Assembly: GCA_021811365.1 (NCBI GenBank)
Contig: JAJZPB010000002.1
Coordinates: forward strand, 8,162 to 72,161
Length of the DNA: 64,000 nt
Direction: 5' to 3'
DNA from: a bacterium
Lineage (GTDB): Bacteria > Patescibacteriota > Minisyncoccia > Phycocordibacterales > Phycocordibacteraceae
Shown here in pieces: positions 35,785 through 45,786 of the stretch. Made by a program: the position numbers and the translations under genes. The notes below the pieces were generated by a model. That model did no database searches and was not told where the DNA came from. It saw only the letters and a list, made by a program, of their open reading frames with translations. Every line of letters starts with the position of its first letter. Position 1 is the stretch's first letter.

Positions 35785-38712
35785 CTAGCTTTGGTTCGCG
35801 ATGACTTCGCGTATTGTTTTCTGCGTCTCGTGAATGTCGCGGATCTCGACCATCGCCCAACGACCGAAGCCGCCGTGGTTATTGACCGCCGGAATCCAGA
35901 GGTCATTCGTGATCTTCACCTTCGATACTTTTTTCTGATCCTTCTCGCCGGTTACCTCGATAAGTAAATTCAGCACGTCGCCGTTCGGCAAGCGGATCCG
36001 CGCGATGTAATCGGGGTAGTAGAGATGGATCGCGCCGTTGCGCTCGTACGGGATGGTGAAATCGAGCTTGTAGTTCTTCGCATACGAGATGACTTCCTCC
36101 ATGTCTTCGAGTCGCTTCGCGACGCCCTGTTCCCAAACCTCGGTGTCGGCGACGACGTAGTTTAAATGGCTCTTCGTCGTCTCGAAGACCGGCCGTGTCG
36201 TGAGAAAATCGACGCCCGCGGTTGAGCCGCGCGGGTTGCGACTGGAAAGGACGGGGAGGAGTTTGCGCTCGCCCTCCTGATCGTCGAGATTCGCTTTCAC
36301 GATCGCGTGCTGGGTCTTCTCGGATGCGCCATGGAGATATTCGCCAATTGAGAGATAACCGATGAACATGTTGTCCTTAAGGATGACCTGCGTCCGCACG
36401 TACTTCTCGGCAATCTTGCGGAGCTGTGGGTAGAGCCAGTATTTCGATGCCCCGGACGCGTCGCGGTAATACCGCTCAAGGAGTTCCTTCGCCAGCATCT
36501 CGACGACCGTACCTTCCCGTCGTTCGCGGATCTTTTCCATCGTCTCGGTCGTCTCCGCGCCGATGATGCCCTCAAGCACGACCTTCGTCGTCTCGTTTTC
36601 GATGACCGTTTTCGAGTCGTCGGTAAATTTCGCCGCAAGTCTTTTCTCGTCGATTTCATAGTGATAGCCCTCGACGCGCGGGAATTCGATCTGGTATGTA
36701 GCAGCGCGTTCTGGAAGCGTCTTCACGTGATGGTACTCGACTGGCTCCGGAGGCGGCGTCGGCGTACCGCTCGAATCCCAAAGAATGAACGGCACGCCGT
36801 ACACTTCCGCGTACTCGGCGCGGAATAGGCCGTTCTCGTCCGGCGTGTAGTCGACGCGGCGGAGCGCACGCCCGACAACCTGCTCGCAGAGGAGCTGTGT
36901 CGAAAAGGCACGGACGCCGAGAATATGCGTCACCGTGTTCACGTCCCATCCTTCCGTGAGCATGGAGACCGATACGACGCACTTGATGTTTTCGCCAAGG
37001 CGTCCCGGCTTGCCGACCGTATTCATAACCTCTCGGAGGATCTCCTCATCCGTCGGCTCATCGCGGCCTGGGAAGCGGCGCTTGTATTCTTGCTTGAATT
37101 CGTCGATCTCTCGCGCGAATGTTTTCTTGAACTCAGGCGTCACACTCTCGCCACTCTCGAGACTCGCGCTGTCGATAAGGAGGGTGTTGGGCTTTTCGCG
37201 GAGCGCGAAGCCGTCCTCGTTTCGGAATACGTCGAGATGTCCTTTTTCGATTGATACCTGGCCGCTCGCAGTCTGCGATTCGTATCCGGCTATCCAGTCG
37301 TATACAAGCTTCGAAACCGCCATGTTGTTGCAGACAACAATCATCACGGGCGGCATGACGTTATGTCGCTTCTTCTTTTCCTCTTCGTATAGTTTGTAGT
37401 TTTTCTCGTAGCTGCCGTAAAGGGAGAGAAGCGCCGTCTCGAGTTTGCCCGGTAGACGCTCGGCCGGAAGCTCCTCGCGAATGTGTACCCAGAGATTCCG
37501 GAACTCCGGCAACGACTCGCGCCCGATACGATCGTCAGCGCTCGGAAGGCGCGGGATCTTTACGATGCCGCTTTCAAGGGCGTCGAGAAGCGAGAAATCG
37601 TATGTGACCCAGGGGAAAATCGTACCCTCAGGATAGCCGGAGCCCGAGAGGAAATACGGCGTCGCTGAGAGGTCGATGACCGCGTTCACGGTTGAACGCG
37701 ACGCGAGTGTCGTGAGCCCCGCGAGCCAGACTCTCGCGGCCTTGTTGTTTTCAGCCGCCTCGGCGTGCTCATCAGCAGAGAGCTTTTCGTCCGTAGGTTT
37801 CTCCTGGTAGCAGTGATGCGCCTCGTCGTTGATGACAAGAATGCGCGACTTGCCGGCGACCTGCTTGAAGACGCGTCGCGCCATCGCTTCCGGCGTTTCC
37901 TGTACGACATCCTCGTTGATGAGCCCTGCGGCTTTCATGACGCCACCGATCGCAAAGCGAGGATTCTGACGAAGCACCATCTGCTGGTAGTTGACGATAA
38001 GAATGTTCGCGCGATTGAGATCCTCCATGTCGGTAATCGTCACCACTTCGCGCTCGCGGTAATAGTTGTGCGGATTGTTCGGTTGGAGTACGTTCAGACG
38101 ATCGCGAATCGTGATGCCTGGCGCGACGACCACGAACGTATCCGTGAAGCGCGTGTCCTGCGGATATCGAATTTTGTTGAGCGTGTTGTACGCAATGATC
38201 ATCGCCATGACGACGGTCTTGCCGGAGCCGGTCGCGAGCTTAAACGCGAGGCGGTAGAGACCGCCGTTCGCATCGCGATTGACCGTCTTGAGCTCGTTGA
38301 TGATCCAGTGCTCGCCGACTTTCTCCGCGACCTCGTTTATATAAATGAGTGTTTCGAGCGCTTCGATCTGACAAAAGAAAAGGCGGTTCTCGCGCGTGTC
38401 GTCGGTCCAGTACCGGAGGAGGTCTTGGGTTGTCTTGGTCGTGCCGGAATATCCAGCCTTCCGCCATTCGGTCACTTTCACCCGAATCTTGTTGACGAAT
38501 TCGTTTTCCTGAAGGCGCTCGCTGCTCCACGCCTGCGCCGCAGGGTCGTGCCGTGCCTGGGCAACACCACGCCCACGCGGACGGGCTATGGGGATCTGAA
38601 CCGTGCTCGGACGCCGCGACTCGATAACCTCTTCAGTCAGGCCGCGTTCGTCGGATTTAAAATAGCGGCCTGGTTCCGCATAGGGAGAATTGAGAATCGG
38701 CGAGATTTTCAT
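35785..38712 (-). CDS. res: Type III restriction enzyme Res subunit (SF2 helicase plus C-terminal endonuclease)
   Basis: Walker A (ATGSGKT), DEAH box (INDEAHH), helicase C motifs (TEGWDV, QVVGRALR). Its stop lies 13 nt upstream of the mod start. Start placed at MKISPILNSPYAEPG (38710-38712). Confidence 0.9.
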   Translation of the reverse strand: MKISPILNSPYAEPGRYFKSDERGLTEEVIESRRPSTVQIPIARPRGRGVAQARHDPAAQAWSSERLQENEFVNKIRVKVTEWRKAGYSGTTKTTQDLLRYWTDDTRENRLFFCQIEALETLIYINEVAEKVGEHWIINELKTVNRDANGGLYRLAFKLATGSGKTVVMAMIIAYNTLNKIRYPQDTRFTDTFVVVAPGITIRDRLNVLQPNNPHNYYREREVVTITDMEDLNRANILIVNYQQMVLRQNPRFAIGGVMKAAGLINEDVVQETPEAMARRVFKQVAGKSRILVINDEAHHCYQEKPTDEKLSADEHAEAAENNKAARVWLAGLTTLASRSTVNAVIDLSATPYFLSGSGYPEGTIFPWVTYDFSLLDALESGIVKIPRLPSADDRIGRESLPEFRNLWVHIREELPAERLPGKLETALLSLYGSYEKNYKLYEEEKKKRHNVMPPVMIVVCNNMAVSKLVYDWIAGYESQTASGQVSIEKGHLDVFRNEDGFALREKPNTLLIDSASLESGESVTPEFKKTFAREIDEFKQEYKRRFPGRDEPTDEEILREVMNTVGKPGRLGENIKCVVSVSMLTEGWDVNTVTHILGVRAFSTQLLCEQVVGRALRRVDYTPDENGLFRAEYAEVYGVPFILWDSSGTPTPPPEPVEYHHVKTLPERAATYQIEFPRVEGYHYEIDEKRLAAKFTDDSKTVIENETTKVVLEGIIGAETTETMEKIRERREGTVVEMLAKELLERYYRDASGASKYWLYPQLRKIAEKYVRTQVILKDNMFIGYLSIGEYLHGASEKTQHAIVKANLDDQEGERKLLPVLSSRNPRGSTAGVDFLTTRPVFETTKSHLNYVVADTEVWEQGVAKRLEDMEEVISYAKNYKLDFTIPYERNGAIHLYYPDYIARIRLPNGDVLNLLIEVTGEKDQKKVSKVKITNDLWIPAVNNHGGFGRWAMVEIRDIHETQKTIREVIANQS

Positions 38713-38784
38713 GTAGATAAAGGGCCAAGCTAGAAAAGAATACTTAGCGCAGTACTTGCATATTGGACCATTTTTCATAATATT

Positions 38785-40107
38785 TCAATCAGCCGAAATT
38801 GCGCCTCTAGTTACGCGCAGCTTTGTCTTTAGGCAGCCCAGCAGTTCTCGCTTCTCCTCCTTCGAACCGTCGACCAGGATATATTTGGCGTAGGTTGAGA
38901 CATCGATTTCTTGATCGGGACTTGCCGGGTTCGGCAGCCCAAGTACGGTCCGTTGGAAGCGGCCATAACGCCTTAGCTCATCCCGCAACTTCGCTTTTAC
39001 GTCGAGCTCGTTGAAGTCGATCTTGTCGAATATCTTTATAAGCTGCTCGATGAGCTCCTCCTCACGCAGATATTTGTTCCCCTTGCAGTAGTGGTCCTTG
39101 GAGCGGTTGCAGCCGTAGTAGACATAGCGGGCGGTGGTGCCGTTTTTGCGTGGCTTGTATTTCTCCTCCGCGCTTATGCCGGAGCCGCACTGGCCGCAGG
39201 TCATGAGCCGCGTGAAGGCGAACTCCCTGCTCTCGCGCACTACGACCTCTCGGCGCAGCTGCGACTGCACCTGGTCGAAGAGCTCTTTCGTAATCAGGGG
39301 CTCGTGCTTGCCCTGGTACCAATTGCCACTTCCTTTCGGAAACTCGAAGGTGCCGCAGTAGAAGGTATTCTGGAGGGTGCGGAACACATTGCTGAATGCC
39401 AGGTTCTTGTTCCCTTTCGTTTTGAAGTTGAGCTCGAACTTGAGCCAGTGGTGCACTTTCCGGCCCGACCATTTCTCGTATGCCACCTTTTCGAACATCT
39501 TGCGCACAACCGGTCCGCGTTCGGGGTCGATAACCATCTGACAGCGCTTCTCCATATCTTTCTGGGAGCGGTATCCGGTCGGCGGCACGGTTGGCCACAG
39601 TCCCATCTCCACTCTCGCCCTGAGCCCTCGCTTCACGTTTATGCCACGATTATCGTTCTCAAGCTTTGCCTGACCTCCCAAGATCGTGAGGAGGAATTTT
39701 TCATTCGGATTGTTTGAGAACCGTTGCCCGAAGGTGCGTATTTCCTCGAGGTACCCGGCGTCCATAAGGTCTACGACACGGCCGAGGTCGCCAGCGTTCC
39801 TGCTGATGCGGTCCGTTGCCCAGGTAAGGATGCCGTTGTACTTGCCGCTTTTAATTTCTTCCACGATCTCGTTGAAGACCGGCCGCTGGCCGGTATCCTT
39901 AGCCGAATGGCTTTCCCGCTTGAGCGCCACCACCTCAAGGCCGTCGCGCTCCGCGAGCGCAAGCATCTCTTTGATTTGGCTATCTATACTCAGGACCTGC
40001 CGTTCCTCGCTCTCCGTGCTCTTACGAGCATAAAGGCAGAATTTGACCTTAATGGGGGCTTGTATCTGCTTGGCTGGGAATCCTGCTGGTGCTTCTATTG
40101 TGTTCAT
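38785..40107 (-). CDS. Large serine recombinase (resolvase/invertase N-terminal domain plus recombinase and zinc-ribbon domains)
   Basis: YARKSTESEERQVLSIDSQ gives the catalytic Ser in the resolvase-type N-domain. GILTWATDRISRN, a recombinase domain, and a Cys cluster (CGQCGSG...CNRSKDHYC) follow. Confidence 0.9.
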   Translation of the reverse strand: MNTIEAPAGFPAKQIQAPIKVKFCLYARKSTESEERQVLSIDSQIKEMLALAERDGLEVVALKRESHSAKDTGQRPVFNEIVEEIKSGKYNGILTWATDRISRNAGDLGRVVDLMDAGYLEEIRTFGQRFSNNPNEKFLLTILGGQAKLENDNRGINVKRGLRARVEMGLWPTVPPTGYRSQKDMEKRCQMVIDPERGPVVRKMFEKVAYEKWSGRKVHHWLKFELNFKTKGNKNLAFSNVFRTLQNTFYCGTFEFPKGSGNWYQGKHEPLITKELFDQVQSQLRREVVVRESREFAFTRLMTCGQCGSGISAEEKYKPRKNGTTARYVYYGCNRSKDHYCKGNKYLREEELIEQLIKIFDKIDFNELDVKAKLRDELRRYGRFQRTVLGLPNPASPDQEIDVSTYAKYILVDGSKEEKRELLGCLKTKLRVTRGAISAD

Positions 40108-40330
40108 ACAACACCATTGATGACGCAGACCCCCTAATGAGTCTAGGGCGTCCTGAGAGCCCGAGAAGTTGGTAACCCCTTCGAGCTAGACAAAGACAGC
40201 GGCCTCACACTTGGCGAAGCGCAGAAGGTTCAGAATGTCGCCGACGAACTCGGCCTCGATCTCGACGATGCGTTTGAGATCTCAGAGGCGCCGTAGCGCC
40301 ACGACCTAGGACCTTGCTAAAATAGCAGCT

Positions 40331-40465
40331 ATGGAAAAGATCGGCGACGAATGGCAAGTATGTAGCAAAGGACACCAGTATCGCGGTAGCGGTTCATGCC
40401 CCGTCTGTCGACCGAAACGCAAGAAGCGAGACGCGAAGGGTGGGCAAAAGGGTTCTCCTAAGTGA
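40331..40465 (+). CDS. Possible small zinc-ribbon protein (44 aa), below the ORF-track length cutoff
   Basis: MEKIGDEWQVCSKGHQYRGSGSCPVCRPKRKKRDAKGGQKGSPK has a C..H...C..C arrangement and a basic tail. Speculative. Confidence 0.25.
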   Translation: MEKIGDEWQVCSKGHQYRGSGSCPVCRPKRKKRDAKGGQKGSPK

Positions 40466-40973
40466 GCCTCACTTCTCCAGCTTCACGAACGACACTTCGA
40501 TACTGGCTTTCTTGAGGGAGGGTATTTAAGTCCTCTTCCCGGCAAGATGTGCGACCCATTGGTTGCCCATTGGTTGCCCAAGATTCTGATTGAGCATTGT
40601 TCGTGGGCTCAGCATTTCAAATGCCTGACTCAGCCGTTCTCGCAGAGTATGTGCAGACGGCGTTGCAGATAGCCACCCGTCGAGTGACTGGCCGTTGTCT
40701 TTGGTGAACACATGCCCCATCCCCTTTTTTGCGCAAAGGGCGCAGCACATACGTCTACATTCGTGAGCATGGGGCGCTCGCGGTTGCTCTTGGTGGTTTC
40801 GAGCTTCTTGATGTCGTCGTTCCAGGAGTGTCGGATAATGCTGCTCTGACTCTGCCAGTCAACAGAGCCCCGTACGAGGATATGTAAAAACGGCAATTAC
40901 TATCACGGGCGAGCAACGGGACTACTGCTATTGCTTCCTGTGAACGCTGACTCACTATAGTAACCACTACGCT

Positions 40974-43472
40974 CTACGTACGGCCCTGTCGGTAGTAAAA
41001 GACCTTCGCAAAATCAAGGGCAAACAAATAAACGGCCATAAGGGCAAAGATTGTGATAACCGATCCGGTTGGTAGTGATGCAAAAGAAAGCCAAGATTGA
41101 AACTGGGGAATATAAACTATGGCCAAGGAAAACACCGACGCAAGCAGAAATGATACGTTTAGTAGGTGAGATGGCGCTCTCGTTTTCCAAAAGTGGCCTC
41201 TGTTACGAATCGCGTAAAACACGACAAACGACAGGAATGTAATGAATACATAGAGACTTGTTTGTGCCTGCTTTTCCGGTTGCGACTTTACGAGCACAAA
41301 GTAAAAGATCTCAAACAATGCCGTCGGCACACCGAGCACTAACGACAACAGCATGATCTCTTTCATGTTGTGTTTTTCCGGTCGCATGACCTCGGCGTCA
41401 TCAACGGTATCTGTAGATACCGCAATGAGAGGGATATCGGCAACGACAGACGTTAGAAGCACCTGTACCGGAAGCAACGGCAACTCAGTGGACAAGAGAT
41501 ACAAGACGCCGAGCGCAATGAAATTGCCGAAATTACTGACCATGGTATACGCGACGTATTTATTGATGTTTACGAAAATCGATCGGCCATACTTGATACC
41601 GTTCACAATAACCTCAAGACTTTTATTAAGAAGTACTATATCGGAATTTTCTTTCGCAATGTCGGTTGCCGTATTAACGGCAATAGCAACATCCGCTAGT
41701 TTCAGCGCAGGTGCGTCATTGATCCCATCACCCTGATAGGCGACGACGTATTCCTTCTTGAGTGCGGCGATGATATTAAACTTTTGCGCAGGCGAGACCC
41801 GCGCAAAGACATTTGAGCTGAGTACTGTAGCGCTGAATTCTTGAGGAGACAATGTTTCCAGCTCATCTCCGAGATATACGCGCTCTCCTTCCTGTACAAG
41901 CCCAATTTGTTTGCCAACATACTCAGCCACCTCTCTGCTATCGCCGGTCAACACTTTAATCTCGATGCCCAATTTCTGAGCATGTTGAATTGTTGTCTTA
42001 GTGCTCGGTCGTAATGGGTCCTCAAAGCTGGCGTAGCCCAGGAAGTGCATTCCGTGTTCGTTTTTCAAAATATCAAAATCGTCTGTATAGGTGATTTCTT
42101 TGTATGCCAAAGCAAGGTGATGCAGGCCCGACTTCCCTTCTTCAATGAGCGTGCGGGAATATTCCGACTTTTTACCGGATGTGGAAATTTCAATCAACAT
42201 TTCCGGAGCTCCTACAGCAACCAGGTATTGCGTATGAGTCTTCGCATCCTCAAGAATGACCCTGTTTCTGCGAACGTCAGGATCAAATGGTATCTCTTTG
42301 ACGATGGAAAGTTCTTTTGCTTCCCGGGCGACCTGTTCCTGGACGTAGTTAAGAAACGCGTCGTCGTACGAATTTTGAGATCTCCGTTTCTTACCCTTAA
42401 GCGGCGTTATGGTTGCGTACATCAGCTTCTCGAACAAGTCGTCGTCGTTTGTGGCAATTGAGCGAATCACCATTTTATTTTCGGTAAGAGTGCCGGTCTT
42501 ATCGGTGCACAGTAGGTTTACGTTACCAAGATCCTCCAAGGACGAGAGGCGCTTTACGACCACATGTTTCTTTGCAAGCTTTATAGCGCCAATTGAAAGC
42601 GTTACCGTTGAAATCACTGGCAGCACCTCGGGTACAACCGCGACAGCGAGAGCAATGACGAACAACAGCAAGCCGGGTATATCGTAGCGGCCGGAGCTGA
42701 GAAGTAGTTTGACAATGAATATGAGAGTCAACCCAATGAGAGTGGCCCGCACCAAAAGTGCGCTCAATGACTGAAGAGACTTCTCGTACTGAGTTTGCTT
42801 CTTAGTTTCTGTAGATAACTTTGCAATCGTCCCCAGTTCCGTATCTCTTCCTGTCGCATACACCACGCCAGTGCCGACTCCTTTTTCGATACTACTGCCG
42901 GTATAAAGAAGTGTTTCCGATGGCGCATTCGATACGGGCGAGACGCGTTTAATAACAGGAACCGATTCACCGGTAAGCTGCGATTCATTGACTTGCAGGT
43001 AGTCGGCCTCAAGAAGCCGCATGTCGGCTGGAACGATGTCTCCTTCGCGTACTGTGAGTACATCGCCAGGAACAACCTGGGAGTCGTCAAGAAGTCTTAT
43101 TTTGCCATCGCGTTTCAACCTAACCTGTTTCGAGATGAATTGTGATAATTTTTCGATTATTTTTTCCGACTTATATTCTTGATAGAAACCGAGCGACGTA
43201 TTGATGAGGAGAATCAACAAAATGATGGTGCCATCGGTGTAGTCGTGGATGCTATACGAAATGACACTTGCTATGACGAGCAGGTATACTAGTGAACTTT
43301 TCAGTTGGCGACCGAGAACGACTAGGGCATTAGCAGTTTTCTTGCCCATGACATTTGGACCATACTTAACAATGCGTTTTTCTGCCTCCTTCTGATTAAG
43401 CCCGCTGAACGAGGTCTGGAGACGGTCTATGAGCTCGGATTGACTGAGTTGGCGTGCTAGATCTTTATTCAT
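40974..43472 (-). CDS. Cation-transporting P-type ATPase, MgtA-like (magnesium-importing type)
   Basis: CTDKTGTLTEN phosphorylation site, TGDS, GDGINDAPALK hinge, ten TM helices. The N-terminus LSQSELIDRLQTSFSGLNQKEAEKR resembles MgtA. Confidence 0.85.
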   Translation of the reverse strand: MNKDLARQLSQSELIDRLQTSFSGLNQKEAEKRIVKYGPNVMGKKTANALVVLGRQLKSSLVYLLVIASVISYSIHDYTDGTIILLILLINTSLGFYQEYKSEKIIEKLSQFISKQVRLKRDGKIRLLDDSQVVPGDVLTVREGDIVPADMRLLEADYLQVNESQLTGESVPVIKRVSPVSNAPSETLLYTGSSIEKGVGTGVVYATGRDTELGTIAKLSTETKKQTQYEKSLQSLSALLVRATLIGLTLIFIVKLLLSSGRYDIPGLLLFVIALAVAVVPEVLPVISTVTLSIGAIKLAKKHVVVKRLSSLEDLGNVNLLCTDKTGTLTENKMVIRSIATNDDDLFEKLMYATITPLKGKKRRSQNSYDDAFLNYVQEQVAREAKELSIVKEIPFDPDVRRNRVILEDAKTHTQYLVAVGAPEMLIEISTSGKKSEYSRTLIEEGKSGLHHLALAYKEITYTDDFDILKNEHGMHFLGYASFEDPLRPSTKTTIQHAQKLGIEIKVLTGDSREVAEYVGKQIGLVQEGERVYLGDELETLSPQEFSATVLSSNVFARVSPAQKFNIIAALKKEYVVAYQGDGINDAPALKLADVAIAVNTATDIAKENSDIVLLNKSLEVIVNGIKYGRSIFVNINKYVAYTMVSNFGNFIALGVLYLLSTELPLLPVQVLLTSVVADIPLIAVSTDTVDDAEVMRPEKHNMKEIMLLSLVLGVPTALFEIFYFVLVKSQPEKQAQTSLYVFITFLSFVVFYAIRNRGHFWKTRAPSHLLNVSFLLASVFSLAIVYIPQFQSWLSFASLPTGSVITIFALMAVYLFALDFAKVFYYRQGRT

Positions 43473-43520
43473 ATTGCGACTGGCAGGATATCAGTCTCAG
43501 TATACTCGACCTAGGATAGG

Positions 43521-44120
43521 TTACTTCACTGCGAGCGCGCCGCTCTTCTCGACAATTGCTGCAAGTTCGGCCTGCGTCTTTGGGAGATGGTTTATATCCA
43601 CATGTCCCACAACACGAATTGTGACACCTTTACAGATACCCAGCACATTGGCAGCATTTACAACACTTCCGTTAGGTGCAATGTAATTCGTTTTCGTATC
43701 AAGCAGGACGTCAATGCGATTGGTGTACCGCGCATTCATCGTGTCTCCGATGACTCGATATCCTATATGGGGAACGACGACATTGTATCCACAGGTGTTG
43801 TCGGACGAAATGTTTGAACCGTCGAGCTGAATGATGGTACCGAAAGGTAGCTCGTCCGCAAGATCTTGTGAACGCGCTGCGATGATTTCTGGATTTGAAT
43901 ACGCGCCTGAAGCGGTGACAAAAGGGTGATTGCTCGTTTGTTCTGGAACAGCATTATAGGCCGTAAGTGTAACGGTATAGCTCGGCATCACTGTTGCAGT
44001 TTGTGCGACAATGGTTGGTGCAGCGGCGTTTCTAACAGAAAACGACATGCTGCCGAGCAAAAGAGAAAAGCCCATAAGGGCTCCTAAATATTGCATTGAA
44101 TGAAAGTGATGAAACAGCAA
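43521..44120 (-). CDS. 3D-domain protein (MltA-like / YuiC-like cell-wall binding or lytic domain), secreted
   Basis: Signal peptide, then TAYNAVPEQTSNHPFVTASGAYSNPEIIAARSQDL...PFGTIIQLDG, which matches the 3D (Asp-rich) domain. Confidence 0.7.
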   Translation of the reverse strand: MLFHHFHSMQYLGALMGFSLLLGSMSFSVRNAAAPTIVAQTATVMPSYTVTLTAYNAVPEQTSNHPFVTASGAYSNPEIIAARSQDLADELPFGTIIQLDGSNISSDNTCGYNVVVPHIGYRVIGDTMNARYTNRIDVLLDTKTNYIAPNGSVVNAANVLGICKGVTIRVVGHVDINHLPKTQAELAAIVEKSGALAVK

Positions 44121-44183
44121 GTAACTGCCTCGTATTTACAATACTAGCACATCGACCCTTTTCAAGGAAGAAACGAGGCGCAG

Positions 44184-44402
44184 ATGACTGGCGCTGAATC
44201 CGTGCTCGACGAACCACCCCCAAAGACCAACCGAGCTGTTCCGTTTGTGACAACCATAAGCGGTCGCGCGCTCGGTGAGAAGTACTCTCAATTTGCAGAA
44301 CTCGCCACGGCTTCTGGTTACACCCTTCACGAAATACTTTTTCTTGCCATTGAATCTAGGTTCAAACATCGTCCTACATGCGAACGTTTCCATACAGCCT
44401 AA
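44184..44402 (+). CDS. Possible small hypothetical protein (72 aa)
   Basis: MTGAESVLDEPPPKTNRAVPFVTTISGRALGEKYSQFAELATASGYTLHEILFLAIESRF has protein-like composition in an otherwise gene-poor stretch. Weak. Confidence 0.3.
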   Translation: MTGAESVLDEPPPKTNRAVPFVTTISGRALGEKYSQFAELATASGYTLHEILFLAIESRFKHRPTCERFHTA

Positions 44403-44687
44403 TCAATGACGCCTATCCCGGCGATAGTCCAGCGATGCGGGAGTTGGTAACTACCCCCTTCGCAAGTCTCCAAATCTAAGCTAGGGTCTACACCGGTAGG
44501 TTAATACAGGCTATCATGTACCCGTTCCGCAACTTAATGAAAGGCATAAACCCTGTGCCGGGCATGGCTGCAAAACCTAGTAGAGATCAAAGGACTCCCA
44601 GTCAAATCATTAACGTAAGTACCCTGAGTGAAAACGGAAGCATCCACCGACGTGTGATTTTTATGCGTCTGTCAAAACTAACAAACC

Positions 44688-45263
44688 ATGAGCCTGTCTA
44701 AAAACGTCCAGAGAGAAAAGGAATCTTCAGATGGCAAAGCAGCGTACATCCGATCTTTAACCATTAGGGAGGTAAAGACTATAGTCGTTGTAGTCATACT
44801 GCTAATCGGAGCTGGTTACGTTCTAAGTATGCAGGACTCCACTCAAGGGGAGGTTTTGACTATTTTGATATTTGCCACAGTGCTCTTTAGTTTTAGAACT
44901 CGCTATCTAGTTCGAAGAGAGGAGAATCGGAATAGAATATTGCAAGCATACATCGCAGCCGTTGTTCGCAGCGTTACGGACTATGCAGGCTTTACCGACA
45001 CTGCACATAACACGCCGAAACTTAACTTCAAATTGCCAATTCCTTACGAGAACTTTCGTGAAGCAGTCAAGTACGAGCTAGAGAAAACCAATCCTCGATA
45101 CATCTTTAACTCTCCAAAGTGGAAAGAATTATACTCAGTTTGGTTGTATGAGAGTAGACAGCTATTTACTGACAAGTGGGAATACATGGACGGATTTGTC
45201 ATGATGAACTATGACGTGTTCGATTACATAATTGATGAGCATGGCGATAAAAACCCTCAATAG
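44688..45263 (+). CDS. Hypothetical membrane protein
   Basis: 191 aa with two TM helices near the N-terminus. The segment is visibly AT-richer than its surroundings. Confidence 0.5.
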   Translation: MSLSKNVQREKESSDGKAAYIRSLTIREVKTIVVVVILLIGAGYVLSMQDSTQGEVLTILIFATVLFSFRTRYLVRREENRNRILQAYIAAVVRSVTDYAGFTDTAHNTPKLNFKLPIPYENFREAVKYELEKTNPRYIFNSPKWKELYSVWLYESRQLFTDKWEYMDGFVMMNYDVFDYIIDEHGDKNPQ

Positions 45264-45735
45264 GATTCGGCAAGAATTCCATGACTGGCCAGTACTCTCA
45301 TGGGTTCTTACCACTTTTTCTGTATTGATGCTGTTCCTTGTTGCCATGGCTTTCATACATCCCACTCCGCCAAATGTCCCCATGTCTCCGGCATCAGCAT
45401 TGTATTCCGGAACCGCTACCACGTCAGAACCGACACCAGAGTCCCCATCGCAACTCGCTTTTTATGCCACGCTTAAATGCCCTGACGACTACGCCACGTT
45501 CAATGAGAAAATGGCTGCCTTTAAGCAATTCACAAATTTCTACTATTCTCAACATCCAGCAGCCACAGTAAACGACATGCTCGCGGCACGGTATCAATTT
45601 TATGAAATTAAACACTGCACGGCAGCGCTCGCAAGATACCAGGCGGTAGTATCCGGTACAGTGAATGCAACAACCTCCGCCACATTGAATTCGGCTTATA
45701 AGCGGGTGTACAGCAACGCCTCGACTACTCAGTAA
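45232..45735 (+). CDS. Hypothetical membrane-anchored protein
   Basis: 167 aa with an N-terminal TM. Overlaps the previous gene by about 30 nt. Confidence 0.45.
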   Translation: MMSMAIKTLNRIRQEFHDWPVLSWVLTTFSVLMLFLVAMAFIHPTPPNVPMSPASALYSGTATTSEPTPESPSQLAFYATLKCPDDYATFNEKMAAFKQFTNFYYSQHPAATVNDMLAARYQFYEIKHCTAALARYQAVVSGTVNATTSATLNSAYKRVYSNASTTQ

Positions 45736-45786
45736 GGGGTCCACGACTCCCGCACCGTCCTTACGAGCTGTTTCCACTTACCATAT

